Source: Paragordius varius
Taxonomy: Eukaryota; Animalia; Nematomorpha
Reading direction: 5' to 3'
NCBI GenBank assembly: GCA_964247055.1
Contig: OZ176050.1
Coordinates: forward strand, 11,718,001-11,782,000
Length of the DNA stretch: 64,000 nt
The position numbers and the translations under genes were made by a program. The notes beneath the pieces were generated by a model, which did no database searches, was not told where the DNA came from, and worked only from the letters and a program-made list of their open reading frames with translations. Every line of letters starts with the position of its first letter. Positions within the stretch are counted from its first letter, which is position 1. Positions 43,861 through 57,600 of this stretch are shown piece after piece.

Positions 43861-45247
43861 ATTTTTATTTTTACTGTATTTATCACCCCTATCATCAGCC
43901 AAACTTTTTACTTGAGGGAGATTTTATTTTTACAAACTAACGATGGATGGAGTGGCTTAAAACGTGATGTTACAAGGCATGGGCCTACACTAGGGAACAA
44001 ATTCAAATTGTGTCCATCATAATCGGCTAATTAATATGGGAATGTTTGAGGTGACAATTGAATTTGAACGGGACTTGATTTTTTTGTTTGGAAGCGCATT
44101 TACTCGAGAATTTATTTAATGTTTGGCCAAAAAAGAATTCATAGTTGAATAAAATGATTGAAGTGCTGATAAATTATAACAGATAAATATATTGATCCGT
44201 CTTATATATTTATTCTAAACAAAAGTTCATAATTTTTGCATATTCGACTAAATGTGTTAAAAAAGGCTAATTTCTATTATTGAAAATAATATAAAAAATT
44301 AAAATATCTATATCAAAATACTTTTTTGAAAAGATGCTCAAAATTAATACTAATTTTTATATCCAAATTTTAGTCAACTATTCAATTTCTACAGGGTTTC
44401 TCTAATTTAAATAGATTACATTTCGATTTGTGTTAATAAAATTACTAAATTCATTGCTATTTTCCTCCATCAAAACACTCTTTTTGTTGGCCCCATTGTG
44501 ACTTAGTAGTCTGTGGCTGGCGAAAAAAAACATAAAAATTTATAAAATATTTTTATAATTTAAATAATTAAATAGGTACAATCATTTTTTAAAGATAAAT
44601 AACGTTTTTTTCATAAATGCCATTTTTAATACAAATACACTTATTAACAACCTAACTTTGTCACATTCGGTTATATTATACTTATAAATTATGTTCTAAT
44701 TCACAATTGTTGATATTTGGGTTTTATATTATGATAAAATGTTGTGTGAAAATCATGGAATGAAAAGTCAGCAACCAAAATAGGATAGGCTCTAATGTGT
44801 AAGGAACCGGTTCCGAAACCGTAAAATTTTCAAAAAACCCACCCGGTACCAGTTCGAAGCCTAGAAAAAAATCTTTATTTTAGCGTAAAATTGGTTGTAT
44901 GATAAAATTACGTGAGGAGCATTATTAGTATTTTTGATGTGATAAATTGATAATTATACATTTAACTATGGTAAATATTGATTTAATAAACGGTCTTTAA
45001 TTTAATTTTAATTAGTATATTTATACGTTTAAGTAAATTTTGAGCAAATAACAGAAAACGTGACAAATTTTAACGTAAAATTTATATTTGTATTGGCCTA
45101 TTCAAACAAATCAGATATCGAAAATATCAAATTAATTGACCTCTAAAAAATCGGAAGTTATAATCGTTAAATTTTATCAAAAAAAAATAAACTATAAAAA
45201 GAATCGTTTTTAAACATTTATCCACAATATCGAAATTCGCTTAAAAA

Positions 45248-46305
45248 ATGTCAAACTATATTATAATATTTGCCCTTATACTTGTAAATAACCTCATTCC
45301 AAATATTCGAAGCGGGCTTACACCATTTGATATGTTTGGAGTTGGAGGTAACTCATAAACTTTATTAAATTATATTTTAAATTGGATGGTATAATTAATT
45401 AATTTTCTGCCATGTAGTGTGTACTTATCATATTGATAATGGCCCTCAAGTACTCTTAAACCAGAAAACTGTCCAAAGATTGCGTAACTTTTTTTTGTTA
45501 ATATTTAGAAAAATAGATAATTTGTTACATATAATTATTGAGATTAATTTTCTATTTCTTGGAAACTTACATAACAAATTTAATGTGTTCTATTCGATAT
45601 TGAATGTACTGAAAAAATCAAAACAAATTTTTCTAAAAATGTGTTGTACCTTAAATATAATTTTACTAACTTAAAAGTTGTATATCATGCCATCCTTATA
45701 GAAAATCAACAAACACTCTATTTTGGCCCATTTTGCAAACTTAACATTCACGTTACCAGAGATAACCCTGGGGATGATATAAGTTAGTACTTAGTTTCTT
45801 GTATAGTGAGAAATTGTTTAAGCAATGAATTTCATAATTTTTGGGAACTATTTTATTTACTTATTATAGTCACAAGCAATAAACTAGCTTTATCGCTTTT
45901 GGATACGGCAACTACTAGTCAAAAACAACCAAACGGTTTCATTGTTTGTGAACAAACAATCATACTAGAAAATAGAATGAGAGGAACCCGAATAGGTGAA
46001 ACCTCGGAAGAAACTTCCAAATTTTGCTATAATCGTTTTGATCCATCCATAGTTGTAGCACGTAAAAGCGAGGATGAAAATGGTGAAAATCAAATCATTA
46101 CTCATATTGATATTAACGCTCAGAGAAGAATACCCGCTTTACAAGTAATTATTAGATTTTTTATTATGAAACTATTTTGAAATAATTTTTTTATTTTTCA
46201 CAACTTGTTTTTCTTATTGTTTAATATATGATATATTTAATTATTTATTTATATTTTTAGGCATTGCTGAAATCCAACACCATTCGTTTGGAAATGATTC
46301 CATAA
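45248..46305 (+). CDS. Unrecognised 188-aa putative secreted protein, 5 exons
   Basis: Exons 45248-45347, 45418-45483, 45702-45782, 45870-46144 and 46261-46305 join with phases 1,1,1,0 into 567 nt ending TAA. N-terminus MSNYIIIFALILVNNLIPNIRS is signal-peptide-like; 4 Cys. Confidence 0.75.
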
Positions 46306-46571
46306 AAAATTACATATGTTATGTTATATTAATAATAAATTGTATAATTACTAGTTTCATATTTGGATATTGTATCGCAACAAGATCGTACGACATAATT
46401 GGCGCTTTCATACAAGATTGTTTAAAATAGAGCCGTTTTTTTATTGGAACTTTTGTTAAATTATCTCAAGCTTGTGTAGAAAACTAAATTTAATCACTCC
46501 TATAAATGTTATTTAAATTGACCACATATGGTGTTTATTAGTTCTAAATGTTTTTTAAATTCATTATTTAA

Positions 46572-47087
46572 CACTTAACTTCACTTTTTTTGTTCCGGAT
46601 GATATATTGGGTAGTTTTATATCCCAGGCCTGATTCTTCTAATAAACTACTGTTTGAATGTTTTATTAGTTTAAATTTAATTATCAAACATTGTTCTTCT
46701 ATAAAATAGCTTATATTTTTAAAGTTTTATAACTTTAGATTCTAAAATTGCGACAACTCCAAAACACGATTAAACTAAAGAGCTGATTTTAAAATTAATA
46801 AATATTAATTTTTCTAATAAAATGCATCCTGTCAGTTTATTAGAAACATAAATTTTCTAACCATAAAATACATTTTTCCTATTCGTGTCGATTTATAATT
46901 AAAAGAAATGGCGGAAAAAAAGATTGATTTGAGAATTTTTTTACAATTTTACATTTTTAGAAGAATTTTTGTATTATGCACAAAAAGGCTAAAGAAAGCA
47001 TATTATTTGGTAACTTTAAATATTATTTAAAATATTCAAATTTCAAATCGTTCTAGGATATAAAACTACCCCAAAGGTCATGAAGTC
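46572..47087. mobile_element. Diverged piggyBac-type MITE relative
   Basis: TTAA|CACTT left end; inverted subterminal TTGGGTAGTTTTATATCC / GGATATAAAACTACCCCAAA; right terminus degenerate. Confidence 0.5.
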
Positions 47088-47637
47088 TTGAATTATAAAT
47101 TGTATTAACATGGTTAAATTTGTTCAAAAAATTGTTTGAAATTCTTCGCAATAAACCTATTATGACACAAATAGAGTCACTTTATTGTTGGACACCTCAT
47201 TTTTGGCCAGAAAAAACAAATATAAACAAATTTTTTTATTTTACGACATAGAATTTGTATTAAATAGTAGAATGATATGATTCATATTGTACGCTACTGT
47301 ATTGCCGATTGGCCAAAAGTGGGTACTGTATGTCTAATGACATGATCTTTAATACAGCTTAATAATAATAATAATTATGTGCTTAACATGCATGGCCATA
47401 ATTATATCCTTTATAACTTATGTCATAATTGTGAGGTTTAGTGTCTCACGGTGCATGAAATCGGGAAATTTACAAAATATCCTGATATATATGATAAAAA
47501 TAGTAAGGATTCTCACGGTACTCTTGGTTTTGGGCCTTAGATGTTAAATGAGAAAGTATTTAATCATATCATGCATATGGCCAGGATATAATATGAGAAT
47601 CTTGCATTTATCTTTCAGAATATATATATATATATAT

Positions 47638-48066
47638 TACTAGCGTAAATCTCGTGCTGCTACGCAGACCGAGGAAGTCCTTCGGACTTCTGGGGGAAGG
47701 GGGGGGAATGGCATTTTACGGGGGTAGCGGGTAAAAAGAGGGCCTAAATCAAAAAAGTGACTCGACTATGTTCGGCGCAATCGAAAATAAGTAAACAAAA
47801 ATCATATTTGAAATTGAATGGTCCAACACGTTCTCCGGAAAATTGTCTCAAAGACACGATTTTTGTGGACTTCTGTTTTCAAAAAAAAACCGTTTTTCAT
47901 AGGGGGTGGGCCCGAACTGGGGGCCTATTTCAAAAAAAGGGCGAAGCTATTGTCGGGGCATTCATTAATGATTATATTTTTTCGATGTTTGGATTTGAAT
48001 GGGTCTACCGTTTTTCCTGTACCAGATCACAAAGCCGGCATTTTCCATTTTTATAAATATATAGAT
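47638..48066 (+). mobile_element. Helentron/HINE-like non-autonomous element
   Basis: GC-rich 430-bp island starting TACTAGC after a (TA)n run and ending TTTTATAAATATATAGAT|TT, ends typical of DINE-1/HINE-type elements. Internal hairpin GAAGTCC-TTC-GGACTTC. Confidence 0.55.
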
Positions 48067-50570
48067 TTATAATTTTTATGATAACTGATATAGATCAAAA
48101 AATGGCAAAATTGCGCGAGTTGTTGAATATTTTTTTTAGCAAAGGCTAAATGCTTTCCAATAAATACCACTAAAATTTATGAACTATATACAAAAAGCAA
48201 AACTATAATTGTAAGAAATTTAGATTATAGATATTGGCTAAAGTTTTAAATTTTTGGACCTGGCCGAAATGGGCGATTTTTCAAAAATGAATCACAAAAT
48301 GCAAATATTGTACGATAGAAAGTTTAAATATAGGCTAAATTTTGATATCAAAAAAGTGTGAAAAAATTGAATATTTCGCTTAAAATAATATTAGTAAAAT
48401 TTGATGAAGGGTGTTTTATGGTATCTCGATAATGATTAACACAGTATAAAAATACTTTAGGATATTCCATTTAATTCGATGTTGTTTAACATATCTACCA
48501 CCTCAGAATTATAAAAGAATTAGCTTTAAATTTAAATTAACTTTTCTAAAAAACGTAATTTATATTAAACTTAAACTTACAGCAATCTGAAGTTATTAAA
48601 TTGTTTAGCATAGAAAATATGTATAAGCATAAAGCGCTTTTACACTGTAACCATGCTTCAAATTACCATGTAAGAGGCTTCAACAATAGCTATAAATTTA
48701 TTTGTAAGCAAATTATTCATTTTTTTAAAAACGCATATATATTAAATTTTCATCGCACAATATAGTCATTTTTGGATTAATTTTTAAAAATTTTACCCAT
48801 TTTAATACAATAATTTACGTTAGGAGCCTACATTTTAAATATTTTATAGATATTGTATTGTTTTTTTATAGTTTATGATATATTTCAAAGATACATTTGT
48901 GGAATATATCAATTAGTCTTTACCAAAAATCTTTTATAAAAAATGTGCGCAAATTTTACTTACTGATGTGGAGCAGTTACCACAAATGTAGTGATAACTT
49001 TCCTATATCACTCGTAAATCTTAAAACCAAAAGCACCACTGGTATCTTAAGAAAATTTATCTATAATATGTATATATTCAGATTATTTTTCAACTATTTT
49101 GTGCGCAGTAGATATATACATATCCTATATATTTTAGTTTTAGGTATAGTTTTACCAAAAATAATTTTATCCGATATAATGTGCGCTGATTTCGTATACC
49201 GGATTATTATGGCAAGTAATTTTTAAGAGATATTAAATTACGGGTCGGGTGATAAAAAATTTTTTCTGACTTGGCTTGCAAGTTTTTCAAATCATGACTT
49301 GTTATCATGTGATAAAAAAATTAACATTACACGACTTAAGTCGAGCAAGAAAACTTGATAAGTAGGTGATAAAAAATCATATGATCAAGTAAAACTTAAA
49401 GATTTTGCAAGTTTGGTGTAGGGCACACTTGACAGATTTAAAAATATGGATAAAAATATTTTTGGGAATTATTAATGTATAAAATTTATGTTTTATATGT
49501 TATTCAAACCTTTGTTAATGCTATAAATTGTAATTTAATAAATTTTGGCTAATTAATCTATTCATTGGATGGATACAAAAGAGGATAAATTCATAGAAAA
49601 ACTCTGCTAATATTTAATAACATGGCATAAAAAATATGCTAAATATATCGATTCCGTGACCGCAAAAAAAATTGGATTCTCGAAAATTTCTTAAAATTAA
49701 TAATTAAATATTAATCTTGTAGAATTTCAAATCTTCGTTTATTAAAAGCAAAAGGTTACTTCACTATTAACCAATGTTAAGAATTTATTTCATCATAAAT
49801 TTATTTCGAATGTAATGTTTATAATCAATTAAGAATAATAATATGTTATATTGTATAAACATCTTCCCATTATATTTGCAAACGGACTCCAAACAAAATG
49901 TAATGTGATAAAGAAATGGAAAGTGTTTTAAGGGCGAATAGTTTCATCATTCTAAAAATTATATACTTGCCAGTCAGTTTGAAAAACATCAATAAATGCA
50001 TATTGTATTAATCTATTATCTTTTTGTGCCTTATTTCATAAATTTTGGCTGAAAAGGATAATTTGCGTAAAATTCGAATTGGGTGGCAAAAAATTGTTAC
50101 ATTCATAAGCAAAAGACTTGACTTAAGTGTTTTTTTATCACCGATCTTCAAGTGTACACTTACTAGCTTAGGTAAACTTACTCAACTTGCCACGCTTGGC
50201 TTATAAGTCATGTGCGACACCCCACCCTACATGGTGGCAGCAAATTCTTGATATTTATTAATATTAAAATCACGTATTTAATTGGGTTTAGGGGTTATCC
50301 GAATTATAAACTCTAGAATTATAAAATTTGCTAAAAATTAAAACAATATTTGCTATTAAGAGAACTTACGCATTAGTTTGATAACACTCCATTAATTTTT
50401 GGGCTAGTTTTGCATCACGGAAGAATTTAATATTAATATTAAAAAGTATTGTAATAATAAGACGAATCTAAGAATATGCTTTCTTTAGCCTTTTTGGAGC
50501 CTTATACAATTTTTTTTATAATGCTCATCTCAAACTTTTTTGCCGCCATTTTTTTGTGTAATTTTTTTAA

Positions 50571-51136
50571 CACTTGGATACAACACATTCATTTTAGTCC
50601 TTAGATTCAAATTGGGGTAGTTAAATACCCCAGGCCTGTTTATAATTAAATTCTTTAAAAAATATGGGATGAATCGAAACCATGGCAAAATCTTGCACTT
50701 ATATAACATTAATAAACCCAAATATATAAAAAATTTTATTCAAAAATACTTGATATTACTTATTTTAAGCTAAAACCGAAAGGTTAAAATTTAGTCAATT
50801 GACATGCGTGCAATGATAAAATTGTAAAACAATACAAAATAAACAGCTTTTTCTATTTCTATCAATGTTAGATGGAATTTAAATCAAAAATTAGCTTTGA
50901 TTTTACCCTTAAAATTAAATAAAGACGATATTTTGCAAAATTTTAGTAAATAAAAATGGCGGCCAAGTAGTTTACATGGAGATTTTTTATAAAACAAAAT
51001 TTTATTTTGATATTTTGGCATATTTATATAATTTTATTAGGATAGAAGCAATAATTAAAATTGGGACCGTTTCCTTCAGTAGTTTTTTAAAAATCCTAAC
51101 TCAAATTTAGTCTGGGATATTTAGAAAATCGAAGTG
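50571..51136. mobile_element. piggyBac-type MITE (opposite orientation)
   Basis: TTAA|CACTTGGATAC left end; closely similar to 37380-37961; right end partly deleted. Confidence 0.8.
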
Positions 51137-51636
51137 TGAAATCAGTAATGCAACAAGCTAAATTATGGCTAAATTAATTACCTTTAAAAAGCTTTTCGAT
51201 TACGTTTTTCCAGGAAAAACTTGATATATTTTTATTTTAATATGTTTCAATCATATTTGGAGATGTCTTAATTTTAGACTTTCGAATTCACAAAACTGAA
51301 AAATATAAACTTTTTGATCTACTACATGAGAAATATGTTTGATAATTAATTTTAATTAAAATACTATAGTTAATTTACGGAACAAAAGATAAACTAGGAC
51401 TAAAAATGTTGTACAAAACTGCACCAAAATAGGCGAAAAAATAAAAAAATTATGGAGTACTAACCAACCCCTTAGTTTTTAATAATTGTCAATTAATAAC
51501 TACGTTTTTTAAATAAATTTCCAAAAATTATTTTTAAATAGTATAACTATGTAATAAATTAAATTGTATCTATATCAAAATATCATCCGAAATATGCTTT
51601 TAATGCGCGGTCGATTCGGTTAACACATTTTTGTGA

Positions 51637-54600
51637 ATGGGTTCACAAAGCGTGTTGGAGTTAGATGCGAAAATCGCTCTTAGCGTTTGTGGAATTCCAG
51701 GCTCCATTATTGAATATACTGATACAAAAGATAACAATTCTTTTACTGGCGGAACTGGTAAATCATGGTTATGTCGTCGATTTTTTTCCATTTCATTTAA
51801 TGACTTTGATCAAAACCATTATTCAGTGATAAACCTTTCAGATTTTTCCGGCCGTGTTATTAATAATGATCATTTTATATTTTGGGGACGATTTATAACT
51901 AAAGTACCCTTTGACAAAGATAAGTCTAAAAAACATGATTCAGAAGAAATGGATTTTACAAATCCCCAAGACGCATCATCGCATTTTCTTATTAATGTTG
52001 TCGAACAGACCGAATTTATATATGATTTATCTCTCAAACCGTTTAAAACATCTTCTGGGAAAGCTTTTGAATGTTATAATAAACGCTGTTTGGCAACTAA
52101 ACTCCAATCTAAGCAGAAACTTACCTATATATCTCGTGATCAATTAGGTATTTATCATTTTTTTGGAAATACGCGATATTTTTATCAAATAATATATACA
52201 TTTTCATATTAAAATTGGTTTATCTTCTGCACACAGGTTTGGAAGATGAATATCCACAAATATATTTTCCTGCAGACAAAGTAGATATAGATGGTTATAT
52301 GATTTGTTATGATGTTTCCTACATATCAGATCCTCACTTGCTTGCAGAAGCCAGAAAAATTAATTCACAACTTGAATCTATTTTAACGAAAAAATCTAAT
52401 TTATCTTTTTCCAATTCCAACCCAGTGCCATTGAACGCTCATACTCCACCGACAAGACATAAAAGTGATCTCACATCCTTCAATAATGATAACTTAAATT
52501 ACTTGAATGATATTAGTTCTACACAAATGTCTGAATCTTATATTAATCATAATAAACCTAACCAAGTAAATGTTAATGACATGTCTGCTGATAAAGAAAG
52601 TTTTGTAGTTAAAAGTGAATCGCAGCGCACAGAAAATTATCCGAGAACTTTTTCTTTTAGTGGAAGGAGAAAACAAGCTTCATTTTTTGCTAAATCACGA
52701 TTACCGAGTTCGACATCTACCCATTTTGAATCGATAAATGGCGAAAGTACCCACGAACCCTTAAAACCTTCTGGGTTTAACCCAAAGCCTCCAACAGTGA
52801 ATTTTGATTGCCGACGTATTGATTCGCTGCAATATGATTTATTAAGAGATGCCATACTGCATTGTCGAAAAAATAAAAAGGCCTTAACTATTGCATTAAC
52901 TAAAATAGATACTCTTTTACCGGCCCTAGAGACAATGGTTGACCAAAGCCAATTCCAATATTATTATCAAACGGAACTTATTGCAAAGTCCGAAAGTGAT
53001 TCTGTTAAAGTCAAAGGTAACTAGTCTTTTGAATCGTATCATTTGATTATGTTTATTTTTTTTAACTAAAAAATAATTAAACCTATTTACCGATTATTTC
53101 TTTTTTTATATCTTGTCATATCATCTTTTAAGGACAATGAATTAAAGCAATCCCATAAATACCATAATAAAATAATTTGGTTTTATGGGAGATTAGGTAT
53201 ATGAAGAATATATTTAAAAAATGCGCTTATTTTCATTATTTAACCAGATATTATTAAATATTTAATAAATTTCGGATAATTGTTGCATAAAAATGCTTAA
53301 TATTGTTAAAAATAAAAAATACTAAAATATATTTTAAAAAACCGTATGAGCAACAAATATTTTATTAATTACCAAAATAAAGCTAAATATTATTTATTTT
53401 GGTTTAATAGGTATCGATTAATAATTGTGGCAGGTGTCTTACCGTTTATTAACCCGAAAATTATTAATTATATCTAGTTTTTGGTTTTATAAAAAATTGG
53501 GATTAATTAAATATTATGTTAACAACAAAATATTAGTGGACTGGATATAATAATATATGTATGTATAAAGTTTTTAGAGGCCTAAGTGTAGCAAAGTTGG
53601 TCTTACTGTATACATAATTAATTTTAAATCCGATGTTATAAAGGGTATTACAGTCTTTAACTAAAATACATTTTCAAACATACAGGGCTAAAGAAAGCAC
53701 AGGTAACTTTTTTTTACTGAAATGAAAAGGCTTACCATGTGGTTAAAAAGATAGAATTAATTCTATATCGGATATAAATAATTACCAAAATTAAAAAATG
53801 ATACATATTGCTGGCTTGCAATTTACTATGTTTAATGATAGATAATATAACGTTAAATAAAGTTTATGGCTTGACATAAAAAAAGTACAAATAGATTATC
53901 TGTTATATATGTAGGTAATATATAGTTTACGATTTCCAAAGAATGGTAAATAAATCATTATAGTACTATAAAACTTTTAAATACATAAAAAGCATAATCT
54001 ATAGCAGGCGTCTTTAGCAAAATGGCTTCGCGGGCCGCATTTTAGGCTAAAAATTTGGCAGGCCGCACTTGAAGTTATATGATAATTATTTATTATATTT
54101 CCTATAAAAATCTGTAAAATGCAAAGATAAAATAACATTTTTATCTTTAATTTGATTTTTTTTTAAAAATATAAAATTTACAACAATTTTATGGGCATAC
54201 TATTAAAATTAAATTTCTAATTCACGGGCTGCACATAAAGTCTCGGTGGTCCGCGTGTTGGACACTCCTAATATATAATAATACTTTCACACAAGTTTTT
54301 ATTATTTTTCTTTAGATCCCCTTTTTGGCATAGTTACTCCGAGTCTTGTGGCATTTCTACATCGTTTAGAGGCTTGGATTCAATCAAACCTGTTATCTCG
54401 TTGCGGTTTTCCTAGTCCATCATCCCTTAATCAAACGTCTCCTAGTACTGCCCAATTATCAACATCTTCATTGGCTGGGTATATTCATAGCATCCCAATC
54501 TTTGCAACTTCGGCCCATCTTAATTTTAATGTATCTGCGCCATTCATGTCTTTGTTTAGGCAAGTATTCCATATGCGGACACAATCGATTGCCAAAAAAC

Positions 54601-57600
54601 CATTTTACGCGGTTTCAAACTATCATCATAATAACAACCGTAATTACAATGAGAGTGATTTATCTCCTCTCCTATTGGATAAAAGTGTAGCGCTCGCCAT
54701 TGAACAACGGTTAAAGAGCTATCATCACATGGTGTCTGTGACGCATTGGTTGCGACATTTGACACTTTCGAAAGAGGACAATATCAATTATTTACCCAGT
54801 TATTTATATCGTCACTCAGATTCCACTATTGATAACAAAATATTTTTACCATATTACCTTTATAACTTTGACGATTTTACTCTAAGGAATGATGTAGGAA
54901 CCGTGAACCTATTTAAAAAGACGCCTGATAATACATTTGACCATGTTAATAAGACAAAGTTAGGTTCAGCCACTTCCACCTATTCTCTCAATGCCAAAAC
55001 AAATTTTGATAAATTGATGGGAAAAATGAATAATATACATTCTACTACTGTTTTAGCTTCTCAAGCCTCGAAAAAGTTTGTTAACGCTAAAAAACTATTT
55101 CAATCAAATGGCAATATTGCGCATTTGTTTCACCCTAATTTAAATGATTCCAACCCTCTAAACGAAATTGTAGTTGGTCCATTAAAGTTTGAGGCAATAT
55201 CATATGCACAAAACAATGAAACTTTGGGTAAATTCGTGGCGCCTTTTGTCACAAATTTCGTTGAAGCCCTTGAGATATTAGTTTATATTTACCAATTGGG
55301 CTACGCTGCCTTTTCAAAACTGCTCAAAAACACGGTTGATTCTCATAAAAAATTTGCCAATTTTCGAGAGATGATAAATTTTTTTGGGGTTTCAGGAATT
55401 CAATCATGTTCGCATTGGACACAAAAATGGAGTTATAACACTTCTTCATCCAACAATAGCAGTAGTATCGGAAAACGTTCACTTACCCATGATGGTTTCC
55501 TAGACACAGTTAAACAGAGAGAAGCAACTTTGCATCACTATAATTTTCCACATTCAAAGAATTATCAAAGTTTTGATTATTCAGACTCAGAAAGGTCATC
55601 CAATCATTTAGCACATATTGATTTCGGCAAACCGAATCCCTTTTCTTTTGATGATGGATATAACCTGAGTCGTGTGGATGATAAAATATTTAACCAAACC
55701 AATAAATCATCTGATAGTGAGGGTAATTGTGGTTCATATTCAAAGAATCATTATCCATTAATTAAACTCTGTGAATTCGCTGTCAACGGTTTAGGCTTCA
55801 ATCGATGTTCCAAAGCGTTTGATAGTTACAAATGCCAAATGATGAAACGGCACATTCAAACATTGACTAACATTTATGATTCATATTTTCTGATAAACAT
55901 TCTTCAGCGTTATTACAATCAACTGGATAATTTTATGAATCCAATTAATGATAACAATGGTGAAAAACATATTCCACTTTCCAAATCAAGTTTTAAGTAT
56001 ATATTACTTTATAATATAATTTTTTCCATAAATTAATCTTTCGAATGTGTAAATGAAATTAATCGTCTGCCTTTTGTTGACATTGTATACAAACTTATAT
56101 TGTATGATAGGTTATTAGTTTTTATCCGGTTATGTATTTTATAATACCGGTAATCAATTTCAATATACTTTTTTTTATTATTTAAGTAAATACAAATCTT
56201 ACGAAGATTTTAAACGTGAAGAATTGGCAAATCCAAGCTCACCATTTTTGAAGCACATTGACAGTCCCTCGAATTTAGATATAAGTTTAAATAAAAGCCC
56301 AGATTGGGAAAACGAGTTGGAACCATATTCACTCAAAGACGACAACATGAGTGTCGCTCATAATAATAATGATATTGATTCAGCGCAATCTCAACCATTA
56401 ATGCCTTGGTTTGAAAAAGCGCTTACCGTTTGCCAAGAATTCGCGGCACATGTGGAATATGCTAATATATCTCCAACATTAAATCAATTGACTGTTGATG
56501 AAATCATTAAAGATCCGAATTTAATTTTGATATTGTATAGCCATGATTCTGTAGATGGGGACAATTATAAAATTAATAAATATGTTCGGCTACCGCATGA
56601 ATATTTTGAGACGGATAATGCTGTACATGTCTTTGACAAACATGTTATGAAACTTCGCATTGATGCAGAAAATAAAAGGTATTCGATCAATCTGATTTTT
56701 TAATAAAATTGTAGTTTGATTCCTTTTTTTATTATATAATAATATTGATATAGATTATTACGCATGTTCCAAGACATGCTTTGCAAATTTACACAGTATC
56801 CGGATGAACGAAGTGACGTTTACACCAACAAAATAAATTCTATCATGGTTAATGCAAATATTAAAGCTGCTTTAAAAATTACATCAGAAACTCACAAGGG
56901 AAAAGCAACAAGTAAAAAATCTGATATGATCCTTATAAAACCTGGAATCGAATTTCAGAATGCTTGGAAATGTGTTGAACAAAATTGTCGAGCCTCCCCC
57001 ACATACTCAACCGTTTTCCATGCTATTTCTTCACGACTTTCTAAATCTCAACTCACTTCTGCCTATTCTCACCATCATGAAACATTGATGCGAATGGCGC
57101 AACAACACTTTTGGACATTGTTGTTTGAACATTTGTCGGAATTGTATGAAATTTTCTTTAACAAGGTAATGAAACACTTCATTATTATCTGTTTTAATTG
57201 TGTATGTAAACATTTGTTATTAAAAAGATATGCGTTTAAAGATATATCGAGTAACACATGCCAAATAGTGATCAGAACGCGAAAAAACTATTAGCATTTA
57301 AATAATTATCACCAAATTTTAAATATTGTTATCCATATATTTTCAATATTTTATTAACGAAATTATTTTTAGAATAGTACAACCGAGGATATTTTGTTCA
57401 AACAAATTGAAACTCAAATATCCAATTTATTTGAAAAGAATGACAGGTAAAATTTATAAAATATCCTTTATATGATTCGATAAGTCAGTTCATTTGTTCC
57501 CTATTTTATAAACAAACGGAGAAAAAAGGGTTCAAAAGATTTTGAGTTGTCAGATATTTTCTAAAAAATAGATATAAATTAATAACATAAATTGAATACT

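Noticed and set aside
43819-44022. 67-aa ORF with a hydrophobic, signal-like N-terminus
   Set aside because: It starts at TTG, and the first part of the hydrophobic stretch is the inverted end of a MITE.
47757-49226. ORFs of 84-109 aa upstream of p190
   Set aside because: They fall within the Helentron-like element and another dispersed repeat, with no protein motifs or splice logic.
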